The notes below the pieces were generated by a model, which had not been told where the DNA came from, did not search any database, and worked only from the letters and a program-made list of their open reading frames with translations. From a bacterium (GTDB lineage Bacteria; Hinthialibacterota; Hinthialibacteria; Hinthialibacterales; Hinthialibacteraceae): 64,000 nt of DNA. Positions within the stretch are counted from its first letter, which is position 1; the number at the start of each line of letters is the position of its first letter. The stretch spans positions 800,001-864,000 of the forward strand of contig CAXXMV010000006.1 in the NCBI GenBank assembly GCA_963662285.2, written 5' to 3'. Below are positions 30,184 to 43,042 of this stretch, piece by piece. The position numbers and the translations under genes are program-made.

Positions 30184-31056
30184 TCACCCCAATTCAGGCC
30201 CGCTTAATCCATAGATCAATTCGGGTTGACCCGGATGGGCGTTGACTCCCTTATACATGCGTATGAAGGGACGTTGTTCTTTGAATCTCATTTTTTGCAG
30301 CATATTGCGTACGTTGATATTGGGTTCGATGATATCAATAAAAACACGTTCCGGTTTTCTATGGTTGATGACTGTATCCAACAGGGATTGAGCTGTCGAA
30401 GCGTCGTCGGCTACCCAGGGGCCGATGTGGAATGCGTTGCCGCCTTCGCGCGCCATGACGTAGCCCGTGATTTTCCCTTCGTTTCTAACGCAAAAAGCGT
30501 AGGGCGCATAGTGATGTAAGTATGTTTGCAATACAGGTTTTCTTGAGGCGCCGAACAGGGGAGCGTCGTATTGATCAAGCTCGTTTAGATCATTGGTGGA
30601 AAGGGAAGGGCATGGAATAGCGTCTCCACTAAGTTCTATGTTATCGCATTCCATACGCGCAGCGCCGTATTCATCATGAAAGCCCAGGTTATCGTAGAGC
30701 AATTTGCCGGCGGGCGTAGCATCTAGTTTTACGGTAAGTCCACGGTTTTCCAAATGCTCAATACCGGCTAAAAGTAATTTCGTGCCAATGCCTTTGCGTT
30801 GGTGGTTCTGATCTACGATGACCATCGACACCCAACCAAAACGGTCTTCATAGGGAACCGTACAAGCCGTCCCGGTGGTTGCATCCCCACAGGCGGCAAC
30901 AAAACATCCTTCGGGATTCAAGGCTAAAAACCTCTGCCAATCAGTGATGGTCTGGTTCCATCCAGTCTGCTGGCGCAGCCTGAGACATTCTGGAAAATCG
31001 CTTTCCTGCATTATGCGTATTTCGACTGTGTTATCGCTCATGATACCCATCCCCAT
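30184..31056 (-). CDS. GNAT N-acetyltransferase (YitH-like, two domains)
   Basis: GWNQT..DW, QRKGIG, LDATPAG..LY..LGF and IGPWVA. Alternative start at 31041. Confidence 0.85.
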   Translation of the reverse strand: MGMGIMSDNTVEIRIMQESDFPECLRLRQQTGWNQTITDWQRFLALNPEGCFVAACGDATTGTACTVPYEDRFGWVSMVIVDQNHQRKGIGTKLLLAGIEHLENRGLTVKLDATPAGKLLYDNLGFHDEYGAARMECDNIELSGDAIPCPSLSTNDLNELDQYDAPLFGASRKPVLQTYLHHYAPYAFCVRNEGKITGYVMAREGGNAFHIGPWVADDASTAQSLLDTVINHRKPERVFIDIIEPNINVRNMLQKMRFKEQRPFIRMYKGVNAHPGQPELIYGLSGPELG

Positions 31057-31094
31057 ATAAGAATATTCTTAACTTTGGTTCATCTCTAAAGTAA

Positions 31095-31294
31095 GTACTT
31101 ATTAATTGGAGTTAAATAAAAAATGTCTGAATCAGGATACTCAGGATTTGCGGGATACTCAGGATTTCACATCAAAAGCGCTTGATTTCCCTTTGGTTAT
31201 TCTGATTCTAGGGTGATTGATTATAGAATCACCCATCATGAGCATCCTATTATCCTGGCTATCCTGATTCAGACAAAAAATAATTATAAGTACT
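31095..31294. repeat. Inverted-repeat element of the TGTCTGAATCAGGAT family
   Basis: tgtctgaatcaggat (31124) ... atcctgattcagaca (31275), with internal short CAGGAT repeats and an outer agtacttat/ataagtact pair. Half copies at about 11790 and 46174. Confidence 0.75.
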
Positions 31295-31428
31295 CAAATC
31301 AGTATTGATACTTAACTTTATCACATATTTTCTGTTAGAGAAAGCAAGATTCTTGGAGATTTGTATAATAACGAATTCTTGAATATATAAAATACTTTCA
31401 GTCATTGAAAAAAATCAAAAAAAAAGAC

Positions 31429-31476
31429 TTGACGAATACTTGTAAGTGTACTACTGTACCACATTAGTAATACAGT
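31429..31476 (+). promoter_or_regulatory. Sigma-70 promoter with an overlapping YtrA-type operator
   Basis: TTGACG-17 nt-TACTGT; inverted repeat actgta-N12-tacagt over the -10/+1 region. Confidence 0.65.
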
Positions 31477-31516
31477 AATGCGCTATGTCTTTGCTTAAAA
31501 CGGTCAAGGAAAAAAA

Positions 31517-31909
31517 ATGTTAATATCCATTGATCCATCAAATGGCGTTCCCATTTTCCTGCAGATTGTGCAGCAGGTTAAATACAAGATCGCCGCCGGA
31601 GCGCTTCAAGAAGGCGACCAACTGCCCTCAGTGCGCGAATTGGCTGTCTCGTTGCGGGTGAATCCCAACACCGTCGCCAAATCATATACTGAGTTGGAGC
31701 GCAACGGGATCATCACCACCAAGCGGGGCATGGGGTGCTTTGTGGCTGATAAATCGGTGGTGATCAAGAAGAACGAGCGTCTCAAGATTATCGCTCAGCA
31801 TATCGAACGGGCGCTGACTGAATCTTATCACCTGGATATTCCTATCAATGAAGTTGAAGAACTATTCAAACAGGAAATTAATAAAATGCGGAAGAGGAGA
31901 CCATCATGA
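31517..31909 (+). CDS. GntR family regulator, YtrA subfamily
   Basis: PIFLQIV..GDQLPSVRELA..LRVNPNTVAKSY.ELE; short protein upstream of an ABC ATPase. Confidence 0.92.
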   Translation: MLISIDPSNGVPIFLQIVQQVKYKIAAGALQEGDQLPSVRELAVSLRVNPNTVAKSYTELERNGIITTKRGMGCFVADKSVVIKKNERLKIIAQHIERALTESYHLDIPINEVEELFKQEINKMRKRRPS

Positions 31910-32814
31910 ATCCAGCCGCCATCGAAATAAAAAATTGTACAAAATGCTTTCGTAGAACAGCGGTAGTCAAAGACCTATGTTTATCGGTTGAGCCGGGAAC
32001 GGTTTATGGACTGGCGGGTGACAATGGGGCGGGGAAAACCACTACCATAAAAATGATGCTGGGTATGTTGCGGGCTAATTCCGGTTCGATTCGGGTGTTG
32101 GGATTTGATCCTTGGGATAACGGGGTGGAACTGAAAAAAAATATCGGTTACGTCTCAGAGAACCGCGAACTATATGACTGGATGACGGTAACAGAGATTA
32201 TCTGGTTCAACTCACAATTCTATGAAACGTGGGATGAGACTTTGGCTGCGGAGACGTTGAAGAGCATGGAACTTGATCCTAAAAAGAAAATCAAGCAACT
32301 ATCGCGTGGTATGAGGGCCAAAGTCTGTTTGATGCTGGCTTTGAGCCACCGCCCCGACCTTTTGATTCTGGATGAAGCGTCTTCCGGCCTTGATCCATTG
32401 GTGCGCCGTGAAATTTTGGAGCACATTATAACTTTGATCCAAAGTGAAGGACGCACTGTCTTTTTCTCATCGCACCAGATTGATGAAGTAGAGCGCGTGT
32501 CAGACAGGGTGGGCATCTTATGCGAAGGCGACCTGCTGCGCGATGAGTCGCTGGATGATATTAAAGCAACCTCAAAAATAATCCGCGTGGCCTGGAATAG
32601 CGATATGCCTGACCATACGAAATTTGAAAATGTCACCTGCATAGAAGAGTCAGGCCGGGAAAAAGCCTATTTCACCGATTCATTCAGCGATGAGTTATTG
32701 CAACAATTCAAGCAACTTAACCCGGCAATGATTGATGTGCAGGATTTAAAACTGGAAGAGATCGTAGTCGAAACTATCCGGGCGCAGAAAAAACGAAGAA
32801 CTGCATCGGTTTAA
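31906..32814 (+). CDS. ABC transporter ATP-binding protein (YtrB-like)
   Basis: GDNGAGKT, LSRGM, LILDE and SSH. Confidence 0.93.
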   Translation: MNPAAIEIKNCTKCFRRTAVVKDLCLSVEPGTVYGLAGDNGAGKTTTIKMMLGMLRANSGSIRVLGFDPWDNGVELKKNIGYVSENRELYDWMTVTEIIWFNSQFYETWDETLAAETLKSMELDPKKKIKQLSRGMRAKVCLMLALSHRPDLLILDEASSGLDPLVRREILEHIITLIQSEGRTVFFSSHQIDEVERVSDRVGILCEGDLLRDESLDDIKATSKIIRVAWNSDMPDHTKFENVTCIEESGREKAYFTDSFSDELLQQFKQLNPAMIDVQDLKLEEIVVETIRAQKKRRTASV

Positions 32815-32860
32815 GACGCGCAATGATTTTCTCATCTTGATGATATGCAGGAGAGATAAC

Positions 32861-35092
32861 ATGGTTGACATGCTGAAACAATTCAAAGCCATATTGTGGA
32901 AACAATACCGCCAGGCGTTATCAATGATAATTGGCGCATCTGTAATTGGCGTTATCATTGCCTGGGTGTGGGCTTACAAAAATAATTATCCATTCGATGC
33001 ATTTTACGACTGGCAGGGTATACTTGGATTTATAAGTGCTTTGTTAATTATTCTTCCCATCGCCTCAGTGGAATCTGAGAAGAAGACGCTTGGTTTTCTG
33101 GCTGCAAAACCTACAAGTTCAAACAGGATATGTATATTGGAACTGATATCGGCTTACTTTTTTGCGTTTATACCACTGATCATTTCTATTCTGGTTTTTC
33201 TGTTCATGTGTAAAGTTTTACGGACTAGAGAAGAATTTATAACGCATCAATATTCTGTTATTCAACTCTTCCAGACGTATTTTTCTTACAGCGCATCTTC
33301 ATTATTCTGTTTTGGGTTGTTTTTCTTTTTTATTTCAACCTGTACTACCAACCGGATTCGCAGTTTCTCTATGGCTTTTGTCTGTTTTGTGGGAGGCGCC
33401 ATATTTCTGGAATATATGGGAAGAGCCACTCAACAATATTATTCGGGGTGGATTAAGAATCTATATACTTTAATGGTAATTTATAGTTTAAATGTAAACC
33501 CAAAAACTATTATCACTCTGTTCAGCCTATTACTTTTACCTATATCGTTTTTGGCGTTTCGTTTTCAAATGACGCGAAGTTTTTATCGGTGGAACCGATA
33601 TGCCTTGGTATTTGTTGTAATCATAATTGCCATCACTTCGGTATTCGCTATTACCATTCCCAATCGTAATATTACTTTTATAGGAGTAACTCAAAATTCT
33701 TTGGACGAACATGCTAAGCCACTGATCTACCGCATCCAGGGAAGTGAACTGGCTAAAACAGATCATATACGGCAAGACTATGCAGTGCGTCAAAACTATT
33801 ACATATCAGTTGAGGGAGATAACAGTCGAGGCGCCTACAAACCGGATGATCAACGATTTGTAAGTTTATCAATTAAAAAATTGCATGTAACTAATGAACC
33901 CGAAATAATCTTTGATAAAAGCATCATCGATTGTTTTGGCGAAGACATTATAAAAAAACATAACCTGGATATTGAAAATTCTGTTTTTAGTAACCGTGAT
34001 GATTGGCATATCCATGTTGCTGGCGACAGAGGCGCTTTATTTGGCCGAATGCGTTATCGCCCCAAAGGCTTACCATATGATGACGACGGAAACCCTATTG
34101 AACAAAAGGCGCCGCCTAACAGCGAATGGCTGTTCGCAGGTAGTTTTTCGCTGGAGGATAAACCGGTATTCACGCCTCTTAAAAAACTTACATTAAATAT
34201 ACATGGCGTTAATGGTAAAGAAACCCGTATTATCAATTGCGTTGAACCTGGTTTATTTCCTTATCAGGAGCTTAATATCACTAAAACAATATTAAGCGAA
34301 TATAAAAGACGCAATAAAAGCGCTGAAAAAGAAGTTGATAAGATATACCTGGAAGATGCTAACATGATAGTCTCTGCCTTTTCCATATACAACTTTTCGA
34401 ACTCATCAAAAGAAAAGTTTCTGGATCAATATAATGAGACGCGTTTATATCGTATCGACTATGAGAGAGACCGAACTGAATATCTCTGGCCTATTATTAC
34501 ATGTTATGATTTTTCAAAGCCGGATAATATAATCATGTCATGCGGTATTGAATATAAAGAAACTTTACCGACAATACGCCTTCGGTTGAACTATTACAGC
34601 CCATACGCCAGCCCTGATTATTTCGCTATTGATGATGATAAATTGTACTATGTATTTCCTGTTGATGATGGTGATATGCTAGTGGTTTCCGATATATCTG
34701 ATCCTACTAACATACGGGAAATTGTGCGGCGTAAAATTCACAAATCATTATTTCCAAATAACTGGAGAATGATAGACCATAATTTCAAACTCAAAATCAA
34801 CAATGGTAAACTGATCATAAGTAATATATTGGGCGTTTATATTTATGAAATACAAACCGATTATTCGCTCAAGCCATTGGCGCGCAAGACTCATTTACTG
34901 CGATACAACCGTATTGAAGATACGCAATTAAAGAATGATATACTGACGGTCTATGGCAGCGAAAACTCTATCACCCAATATACGCTAGACTCTAGCGTAT
35001 ATAAGTTTGAACCATCTAACCATAAATATTTCAAAATTGACGGCGATGGAAGATTTACTCTTCCATCTAAGAGTGAATTTTTTATCCCATAA
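32861..35092 (+). CDS. ABC-2-type permease-like protein with a large C-terminal extracytoplasmic domain
   Basis: About 7 N-terminal TM helices, E.EKKTL.FL.AKP motif and AGGAG ribosome binding site. Confidence 0.65.
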   Translation: MVDMLKQFKAILWKQYRQALSMIIGASVIGVIIAWVWAYKNNYPFDAFYDWQGILGFISALLIILPIASVESEKKTLGFLAAKPTSSNRICILELISAYFFAFIPLIISILVFLFMCKVLRTREEFITHQYSVIQLFQTYFSYSASSLFCFGLFFFFISTCTTNRIRSFSMAFVCFVGGAIFLEYMGRATQQYYSGWIKNLYTLMVIYSLNVNPKTIITLFSLLLLPISFLAFRFQMTRSFYRWNRYALVFVVIIIAITSVFAITIPNRNITFIGVTQNSLDEHAKPLIYRIQGSELAKTDHIRQDYAVRQNYYISVEGDNSRGAYKPDDQRFVSLSIKKLHVTNEPEIIFDKSIIDCFGEDIIKKHNLDIENSVFSNRDDWHIHVAGDRGALFGRMRYRPKGLPYDDDGNPIEQKAPPNSEWLFAGSFSLEDKPVFTPLKKLTLNIHGVNGKETRIINCVEPGLFPYQELNITKTILSEYKRRNKSAEKEVDKIYLEDANMIVSAFSIYNFSNSSKEKFLDQYNETRLYRIDYERDRTEYLWPIITCYDFSKPDNIIMSCGIEYKETLPTIRLRLNYYSPYASPDYFAIDDDKLYYVFPVDDGDMLVVSDISDPTNIREIVRRKIHKSLFPNNWRMIDHNFKLKINNGKLIISNILGVYIYEIQTDYSLKPLARKTHLLRYNRIEDTQLKNDILTVYGSENSITQYTLDSSVYKFEPSNHKYFKIDGDGRFTLPSKSEFFIP

Positions 35093-35204
35093 TTGAACAC
35101 AGGGGATTGGCTCTGAGTGAACTATATAACAATTAAGTGAATGTGAATTAACTTGATAACCGGATCATTCCACGGATTCTATCAAGAATGCTAGGAGAAT
35201 CATC

Positions 35205-35906
35205 ATGGAACTGACGCGCCAACTCGCCGTCGCCTGGAAAGAAATCAAACAACTTAAGTTAGTTTATATATTATTCGTACTGCTAACAATTCTGAATGTA
35301 TATGTCATATTGGAAGGATCATCAAAATCAGATATAGATAGAATCCAGAGAGCATTTTATCAAATGCTGTTTTTTTACGCCCCGATTATCGCTTTCTTAC
35401 TGGGAGCAGGCAACCGTATCAATGAAGCATCAGGTAATTTGGAGTCATTTCTGATATACCGCCCGATTCGCCGATTTTCGATTGTAACAGTTTATTATTT
35501 ACAAGGCGTATTCGGATGGTTTGCGTGGTTGACATTGTATCTTCTTATGCAAGCGGCGATGTATGGAATTGATATCATCCGGCCAGCGACATATATTTCG
35601 CAGGGCCATACAGTTTCGCTTATTCCATTAACAAGTTTTGTGAATTTTACTCTCCTATACCTATCTGTCTATACAGCAACCTTCAGCATAGGTTTGCTGG
35701 CGCCCCATTACGTCTATTGCGGCTTCACATGCGCTGGATACTATATAGCCGCAGTGTTACTCATAACCTCAGATTACTGCATGGATCAAAACATGGGCGA
35801 TCAATTATATTGGGCGGTCTATGCGGCGCTGATTGCGTCATTGCCGATCATTCTGATTCCGACCTATTCAATCTACAAGCGCATCCAAATCGGCGGTCGG
35901 TCATAA
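35205..35906 (+). CDS. ABC-2-type permease-like membrane protein
   Basis: WKEIKQ start, E..G..SFLIYRPI.R and about 6 TM helices. Confidence 0.65.
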   Translation: MELTRQLAVAWKEIKQLKLVYILFVLLTILNVYVILEGSSKSDIDRIQRAFYQMLFFYAPIIAFLLGAGNRINEASGNLESFLIYRPIRRFSIVTVYYLQGVFGWFAWLTLYLLMQAAMYGIDIIRPATYISQGHTVSLIPLTSFVNFTLLYLSVYTATFSIGLLAPHYVYCGFTCAGYYIAAVLLITSDYCMDQNMGDQLYWAVYAALIASLPIILIPTYSIYKRIQIGGRS

Positions 35907-36040
35907 TAATCAAAAATTTTTTCCCCAATCTAATTTAGAAATCCGCTGCAAACCATTGTTTCTTGTTCCTTAAAGGGATAAAATAAATAAAGATTTGCAT
36001 AGGATTGAATTTTAATATCTTATTCAAACCAATCATTTAT

Positions 36041-36117
36041 GCGCCTGTGGCTCAGCTGGATAGAGCACATGATTCCGGTTCATGGGGTCGGAGGTTCGAA
36101 TCCTCTCAGGCGTACCA
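36041..36117 (+). tRNA. tRNA-Arg (CCG)
   Basis: Cloverleaf gcgcctg...caggcgt-acca; anticodon arm catga-ttCCGgt-tcatg; T loop ggttcgaatcc. Confidence 0.95.
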
Positions 36118-36460
36118 CTTAAACCCCTTAAATAACTGGACTTAATATTAAAATATAGCCTCGATATATATGGAATCCCCGGAAAATCAGAAAATGTTTA
36201 CTTTTTTGTTTGTATGAAACTCTATAAGCAAAAGAACCGAGCGTCTGGGTGTCAGAATCTGTTATATCAAAAATAACGTTTCTGTTTGCAAGAAAAAATG
36301 CTTGACATCAAAAATCAATCATGAAATAATTTGTAACGTATTAATAAAGTGAATATTATTTCGCAGTTTATAATGGGATTTCCGATTGCAATGTTGTTTT
36401 TTTGAACTGGTTATTTCACCTTTGTTTCCACACCTCAATTCCATCTTTATAAGAAAGAAA

Positions 36461-39400
36461 ATGCAAATGAATATTTCAAAAACCATTAAATGTGCGGCGC
36501 CTAGAATTGGAATTTACGTTGTATCTAGTTTTTTGGTATTAGGTTTCTTATTTTTCTTTTCATTTTCCAATCCGTCATTTGTTTATGCGGAAATGGAAAT
36601 ACAGGAATTGAATTTGTTCATCGCCAGCGATGAGGTTTTGACTGAACCATTACCGGTTACTCAGAATAAACCTATTCTTCGATCCCGAATGGTGATGCTC
36701 AATACTGACTTGCTTAAGGAAGTATGTAAAGAAGACCAAATCCCGATCTTTTTTAACCTCTTCACTGATGTTGCGCTCGAGGGGATTGTTAATGATAAAG
36801 TGATCCGTTCAGCCAGGAATTATACGTTGTTTGGATCTATTGATGATGATCCTAATAGTTATTTTGCAATCACCATGCATGAAGGAATTGTTTCCGGAGG
36901 GATTAGAACTGGAGACAATCAACATTATGAAATCGATTACGCGGGCGGTTCTCTTTATCAGCTCTGTGAAATCGATGAAGCGGAATATTCCAAACAATTA
37001 AGCATTCAAGACGTTCAATCACACCAGAAATTAAAGCAACGAGAATTATCCCAGGCGAAAGTACTTTCTCAAGCAAATAGTGATGAAGGAAACTTAGATA
37101 TTGCCAGTGATGAAGGAAGCACCGTCGATATTATGATAATGTACACGCCTCTCGCCCGAAGCAAAGCGGGTAGCGACGAAGCTATGGGCGCCGCGATTGA
37201 CCGGGCAATTGATGAAATGAATTTGTGTTTCAAAAACAGCGCTATCTCTACCCGGTTGCGTTTGGTCCATTATATGGAAATCCCGTTTACTGAACATCGT
37301 GATATCGACGGAAATTGGGAAGATCATGATGACCGGTGGATGATGGAAAATTCAATTGAGACTATTTTATATCGTGACCAATACAAGGCTGATCTTGTCT
37401 GTTTTTTTACGCAAGGGATAGGATCGGGAGTGCGAAATTGGCCATTTTCACTTGTGGGCTGGCATTCGGCAACTAGTGGAGGTTTCTTGTTTGCGCATGA
37501 AGTCGGCCATAATTTCGGGGGGCATCACGCAGTTGGCGATTCAGGGAATGGATCATGTCCGGGACTAGACCGGACGGATGGTGGAACATGCCCCTCTTAT
37601 GGGCATGGGTGGAACATATATGTGGGCGGACAGCGCTATACCACTGTAATGGCGTATCACCAAACCATGTGTAATCAACCTGGAACAGGTATTAAAATTC
37701 CTTACTATTCTAACCCGAACGTGATGTATAAAGGCGCCCCGACAGGTAATCCTATAGGACATCCAGACGAATCATTTGTTGCGAAAGTTATTGAAGACAA
37801 TTCTTATAATATGGTGAAATGGAAGGATTCGATTCCCAATCCCGGCGCCCCGCAAAATGTTCAGGCCACCAATGGTACGGATGATAAAGTTACAATTACG
37901 TGGAATCCGGTTGCGGATGCAACTCATTATCGCGTTTATATGGTGGAGAGTTTGACTGATATTCCCGAAGCCATCAGTCCATGGCAGGAAGCATTACGGT
38001 TTGAATATCAGGATATGGAATCGAATAAACCGTTCTATTTTTATGTCAAAGCGGCCAAAAGCCCGGTGGGGACGATTCCCAGTGATTTCAGCGCCCCGCC
38101 AGTTCAAGGAAAGCGCATATTAGCCTCGCCCCAAGAATTAAATGCCACTGATGGAGATTATTCGGATTCGGTTATCATTAATTGGAAGGCCTCGCCATAC
38201 GCCACGCATTACCGGCTCTATCGCTCGACTCAACAAGATGGAATTAAAGAACCGATAACAGATTGGATCAGGAGGCTGAGTTTTATAGATTGGGATGTGG
38301 AACCACATCAGCCCTATTATTATTGGGTGCAATCAGCCCTAGATGAAGAAGGTAATTTTGCCAGCCGTTACAGCGATGAAGAAAGTGGCTGGGCGACAAT
38401 AGCGCTTTCATCAGTAAGCGCGACGGATGGAGATTATTCAGACCGGATCAAAATAACCTGGAACAAAGTTAAAGGCGCATCCTATTATCAATTATATCGC
38501 GCTGAAAGCGAAGATGGCGCCAAGAATCCCATCAGTGAATGGCAACAAGGGAATACTTTTGATGACTTATCAGCCGCGCCCGGAAAACAATATTATTATT
38601 GGGTAAGCGCATCTAATAATAGTTCCGGATTTGATGCAACCGGATATAGCACCCCTAATACCGGTTGGAGGAATTTTGCAAAGCCATCCGGAATTAAGGT
38701 CAGTGAGGGAACCTATCCCGATAAAGTTGTTATCTCATGGAATGCCGTTCCAGGTAATCCCGCATACCGGATTTATATGTCAGAAAATTCAACTGGAGCG
38801 ATGGATGTCATAGAGTCCGGATGGATGGAAGGTACTGAATATGAGTATTCTGGCTCTATGCCTGCTGGTTATACATTTTATTTCGCTGTATCCGCTGTTA
38901 CCGATAAAAATGCAACCAGTGAAAGCGAGTTAAGCAACCGGGCATCCGGGTGGAGATATGTACCTCCACCTACCAATGTACAAGCAAGCGATGGCGCTTA
39001 TACAGACCAGATTCATATAACATGGAACGCAGCGTCAAGCGGTTCGATCTATTACAAACTTTTCCGGGCTGATAAAGCCAATGGAACGAAATATGCAATT
39101 ACCTCCTGGATTAGTAACCGTTACTATTTTGACCGTGGTCTTGATCCAAGCGAAAGTTATTATTATTACGTGAAAGCGGCGATTGATTCCAGTGGAACCC
39201 GCGCCAGCGACTATAGCCGGGGCAACGGCGGATCAACAGGACTTACGCCGCCAGAAAATGTCAATGCTACAAAAGGTACGGATACAAGCAAAGTCGCAAT
39301 TTCCTGGACCAGACTTTCCGGCACGCATTATTACCGTGTTTACCGGGCGGATGATATTGATGGAGAACGTACGCCTATAAACGACTGGACAGCGCAAATC

Positions 39401-42394
39401 TTACGATATGAAGATTTAAATGTCCGGGCGGGAGATATCCATTACTATTGGGTTAAAGTGGCGGCCAATAGAAATGGTCTCAATGAGAGTGCATTTAGCG
39501 AAATGAGCGTTGGATATAGGTATCTTCCCCCTCCTGAAAATATACAGGCTTCCGTTGGAGTTTACGAAGGTCTTGTAATTATTACTTGGGATGAACTTCC
39601 CGAAGCGACTCATTATATGGTGTTTCGTACTGATGAGCCTAATGGAAGCCGTAAAAGCATATCCGGCTGGCAAACAGAAACCACATTCAGAGACAAAGAT
39701 ACCATCCCGGGCCATACGTATTATTACACCGTAAAAGCAGCTGGCAGTGAAACCGGCGCCGGATTAAGCAGCCATAGCCAAAGCAATGGTGGATTCAGCC
39801 GGATGCCTCCTCCAGACCCAATAATGGCTTCTGATGGAACTTACGCCGATAAAATTCGGATTTCCTGGCAGAGTGTGGAAAACGCGCAATATTTCCAAGT
39901 TTTCCGAACGGAAGATCCAGATAACAATGAATTGAACCCCTTAAACGAATTCGAGAGAATCACAAGGTTTGACGATATGACGGCGGAACCAGGAAAGATT
40001 TATTATTACTCCGTTGCCGGCGCCAGAAGTCAAAGTGGCTATGGTGATACAAATATCAGTCAATCAAATTCTGGTTTCATATCTCCAACCGTTCCACAAC
40101 GGCCGGTAGTCAGCAATTCGGAGTATGGAGACAAAATTGTAGTCAGCTGGCCTGCAATCGCTGAAGGCGTCTATTACCGCGTCTACCGCAAAGATTCTCC
40201 TAGTGGAGAATTGGCGGCAATTGGAAACTGGCAGTTAGAAACATTGTATGAAGATACAGAAGTATTGGCTGGACCGACATACTATTACGCAATCCAGGCG
40301 GGGAGCAATGAAAACGGAGATCGTCCCAGCGATATCGGCGTAGCTTATGGAGGTTCCCGCAAGATGCCGCCGCCCTCCAATTTATATGTCGCGCATGGCG
40401 CTGATCCCAATGAAATCCTGATTACGTGGCAGAAAGTGGAGAATGCGGTTTATTACCAACTGTTCCGGTCAGACTCGTTGGAGGCGGAAAAAATTCCGGT
40501 TACTGGATGGCAGCGAGGAACTATTTTCAGAGATCAAAATGTTGAACCATTGAAAATCTATTATTACTGGGTGAAGGCATCGCGTAGTTTTTCCGGATAT
40601 AAAGATACTGATCTGACCGCGCCAGAAGAAGGCTGGCTGCAACCACCCGCTCCAACCAATGTGGTTGTCTCCAATGGAGAACATCTTGATAAAGTTAATG
40701 TGCAGTGGGATTCCACAGTCACCAATGGCTTCTATAGCGTTTCCCGGTCAGAAGCGATTGATGGAGAGAAGATGCTGTTAGGAAATTGGAAACCAACCTT
40801 ATCGTTTGATGATAAAGAAGCAGTCCCTGGAAAAACCTATTATTATTGGGTGCAAACTTCCTTGCGTGAGGATGGAGATGGTCCCAGTGACTTCAGTGAT
40901 CCGGTTACAGGTTGGAAAAAGATGCCCGCTCCTGAAATTCCATCGCAACCCAACCCTGCGAATAATAGCCATGACATCGATGTTTCTGTAAATCTGGATT
41001 GGAATGATAGCCAATGGGCGGAACGTTATTATGTGCAGTTATGGGAAAGCACGGAAACAGAAGGCGCCCTCAGAATTTTCTCTCAATTACCTGATGATCC
41101 AACTTTCAATTATCTAACCGAAAGTATAGTGATAATGCCTTATGATCTTAAATATGACACAGAATATTCATGGCAGGTGACCGCAGAAAACCAGAGTGAA
41201 ATAATCAAAGGACCGGTTTGGTCATTTACGACGATATCCAAAATCGATCCAACTGCTACTAATACGCCGGTATCCGCTAATATGCCGACGGCGACCAATA
41301 CGCCAGTGGCGACCAACACGCCAACCGCAACCTATACGCCAAATAATCTACCGACGCTTTATCCAAAACCCACGAATACTCCAGCTGATATTCCCACGGT
41401 CTATCCCAGACCAACGGATACGCCGACGCCAACGTTAACTCCTACTATTGCTGATCCAACCAGCACTCCGGTTCTGCAGAATCCTACGCCAACGCCTATC
41501 TCCTCAGATGAGATCATCGAACTGCTGGTTAATTCACCAGAGCCTTATCTTGGCCATATTTCATCGGTGAGCGGCGCTGATGAAGATGGAGATGAAGATT
41601 GGTATCAATTCCGTCCCTATACGACCGGCATTCATATTATTGAAACGCATCCGGTTTCCGGCCAGGATTCAATGCACACGATCCTTTATCTATACGGTCC
41701 CAATGACCGGACCAGTTTGATCTCGTTTGACTATACAAGCGGTTATGGCGCGTTTTCCAGAATATCCCATGTTTTAGATGAAGGCCAAACCTATTACATC
41801 ATGGTGATCGAAGAGGGCCGGGATGCTACAGGACATTATGCAATTGACGTGATCACCAGTATAGATATCCCTACACCCGTTCCTGTGGAACCGTCTCCTA
41901 CACCGAATTTAACAGGCGATTGCGTGGAGGCCAGTGATTTTTATATTTCAGAGGCTACAGGATTGTTGCAGGTGAATTTAGGTTCTGTAGAAATAACGGG
42001 AGCAATGATGGCGGATGGAAATCAAACGCCATTGCATATAATCCCGTCCGATGAGCCGGAACGCCTGCATATCGAAATCCCGTGGTCGGAACCACCAATG
42101 GAGCCTGCCACGATTCTATTTTCTATTGATACCTGTGGAGGCAATGCGCCTCAACAGGTTCACTTGTACTTGCATTATGAAAAACCGATTCGGATTTCAA
42201 CTCTGAATGATTTAATGATTGTTGCTTCTACAGAGGAGTATTCTCCACCAGAATCTGGTCAAATACAGCCCATTATTCTCAAAGATCCCGCCGGGATTCG
42301 TTTGATAAAATTGGAAAACTCAAAAATCATTATCCAAAAAATCTGTTGGCAATGCCAAGCCGAAACCGGTGTCGAAATGTGGAGTAATTATTAA
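36461..42394 (+). CDS. Giant secreted reprolysin/M12B-like zinc metallopeptidase with about 12 fibronectin type III-like repeats, Pro/Thr linkers and a PPC-like domain
   Basis: Signal/TM N-terminus, [11 protein letters not shown] zinc motif, TVMAY Met-turn, repeated P..V.A(S/T)DG.Y.D.I.I.W units and PTATNTP linkers. Confidence 0.85.
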   Translation: MQMNISKTIKCAAPRIGIYVVSSFLVLGFLFFFSFSNPSFVYAEMEIQELNLFIASDEVLTEPLPVTQNKPILRSRMVMLNTDLLKEVCKEDQIPIFFNLFTDVALEGIVNDKVIRSARNYTLFGSIDDDPNSYFAITMHEGIVSGGIRTGDNQHYEIDYAGGSLYQLCEIDEAEYSKQLSIQDVQSHQKLKQRELSQAKVLSQANSDEGNLDIASDEGSTVDIMIMYTPLARSKAGSDEAMGAAIDRAIDEMNLCFKNSAISTRLRLVHYMEIPFTEHRDIDGNWEDHDDRWMMENSIETILYRDQYKADLVCFFTQGIGSGVRNWPFSLVGWHSATSGGFLFAHEVGHNFGGHHAVGDSGNGSCPGLDRTDGGTCPSYGHGWNIYVGGQRYTTVMAYHQTMCNQPGTGIKIPYYSNPNVMYKGAPTGNPIGHPDESFVAKVIEDNSYNMVKWKDSIPNPGAPQNVQATNGTDDKVTITWNPVADATHYRVYMVESLTDIPEAISPWQEALRFEYQDMESNKPFYFYVKAAKSPVGTIPSDFSAPPVQGKRILASPQELNATDGDYSDSVIINWKASPYATHYRLYRSTQQDGIKEPITDWIRRLSFIDWDVEPHQPYYYWVQSALDEEGNFASRYSDEESGWATIALSSVSATDGDYSDRIKITWNKVKGASYYQLYRAESEDGAKNPISEWQQGNTFDDLSAAPGKQYYYWVSASNNSSGFDATGYSTPNTGWRNFAKPSGIKVSEGTYPDKVVISWNAVPGNPAYRIYMSENSTGAMDVIESGWMEGTEYEYSGSMPAGYTFYFAVSAVTDKNATSESELSNRASGWRYVPPPTNVQASDGAYTDQIHITWNAASSGSIYYKLFRADKANGTKYAITSWISNRYYFDRGLDPSESYYYYVKAAIDSSGTRASDYSRGNGGSTGLTPPENVNATKGTDTSKVAISWTRLSGTHYYRVYRADDIDGERTPINDWTAQILRYEDLNVRAGDIHYYWVKVAANRNGLNESAFSEMSVGYRYLPPPENIQASVGVYEGLVIITWDELPEATHYMVFRTDEPNGSRKSISGWQTETTFRDKDTIPGHTYYYTVKAAGSETGAGLSSHSQSNGGFSRMPPPDPIMASDGTYADKIRISWQSVENAQYFQVFRTEDPDNNELNPLNEFERITRFDDMTAEPGKIYYYSVAGARSQSGYGDTNISQSNSGFISPTVPQRPVVSNSEYGDKIVVSWPAIAEGVYYRVYRKDSPSGELAAIGNWQLETLYEDTEVLAGPTYYYAIQAGSNENGDRPSDIGVAYGGSRKMPPPSNLYVAHGADPNEILITWQKVENAVYYQLFRSDSLEAEKIPVTGWQRGTIFRDQNVEPLKIYYYWVKASRSFSGYKDTDLTAPEEGWLQPPAPTNVVVSNGEHLDKVNVQWDSTVTNGFYSVSRSEAIDGEKMLLGNWKPTLSFDDKEAVPGKTYYYWVQTSLREDGDGPSDFSDPVTGWKKMPAPEIPSQPNPANNSHDIDVSVNLDWNDSQWAERYYVQLWESTETEGALRIFSQLPDDPTFNYLTESIVIMPYDLKYDTEYSWQVTAENQSEIIKGPVWSFTTISKIDPTATNTPVSANMPTATNTPVATNTPTATYTPNNLPTLYPKPTNTPADIPTVYPRPTDTPTPTLTPTIADPTSTPVLQNPTPTPISSDEIIELLVNSPEPYLGHISSVSGADEDGDEDWYQFRPYTTGIHIIETHPVSGQDSMHTILYLYGPNDRTSLISFDYTSGYGAFSRISHVLDEGQTYYIMVIEEGRDATGHYAIDVITSIDIPTPVPVEPSPTPNLTGDCVEASDFYISEATGLLQVNLGSVEITGAMMADGNQTPLHIIPSDEPERLHIEIPWSEPPMEPATILFSIDTCGGNAPQQVHLYLHYEKPIRISTLNDLMIVASTEEYSPPESGQIQPIILKDPAGIRLIKLENSKIIIQKICWQCQAETGVEMWSNY

Positions 42395-42781
42395 GATATA
42401 GAGGTTAACAAATCCATTGACGCTCACACACGAAGCCTCCTGTACGCAAAATCCCAGGCTGAGCGTGATGCGGTTTCTCTTAAGATTCTCGAATTAGAGG
42501 GGCAGGATTTTGATTTATTGCCGTATATAGGTCAGGATATTGTCAAGAAGGCAAAGAAAATCACAAGCGAAGAATCCAGCATGAAGGACAGGACTGAGGC
42601 CAAGGCATGGTTGCGTGAGCGGCATATCAAGCCTAAAGACGCGCTTAGATTGTACGAAGAAGCATTGAGGGCGGAATATGCCAAAAGGAATGAAGGGGAA
42701 CAGCCGTGGAAATATAAGAACGGGAATACTACGGCTTTCAAACAAAACTTATCTCGACTTAAAAAGCGACTTGGTCTTTGA
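42395..42781 (+). pseudogene. 5'-truncated gene fragment, possibly of phage or mobile origin
   Basis: The frame is open from the codon right after the protease stop to 42781, with no good start or ribosome binding site. Confidence 0.5.
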
Positions 42782-42982
42782 CCCCAGTGAACGAACTTGG
42801 TCAAAGGCCGTAAATGGAGTGCAGATTAGGCGGATGATTATGGTGTAAAAAACGCATTCCCAAAACAGCAACCGGAACCATAAAAACCCAAAATCCACCT
42901 TCTTCCCAGGTGCAGACCAAGTTAAACCCGCAACAACCATGAACGCAATTAGTATCCCCATGAATGATAAAAAGTTTTTCAT
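42749..42982 (-). CDS. Small two-TM membrane protein
   Basis: AGGAGG ribosome binding site before ATG 42982; hydrophobic. Confidence 0.55.
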   Translation of the reverse strand: MKNFLSFMGILIAFMVVAGLTWSAPGKKVDFGFLWFRLLFWECVFYTIIIRLICTPFTAFDQVRSLGSKTKSLFKSR

Positions 42983-43042
42983 AGCAACCCCTCCTAAAAA
43001 CAATATATCGAGGTGACTAATAGTCGTCAAATCTTTTTTTTA

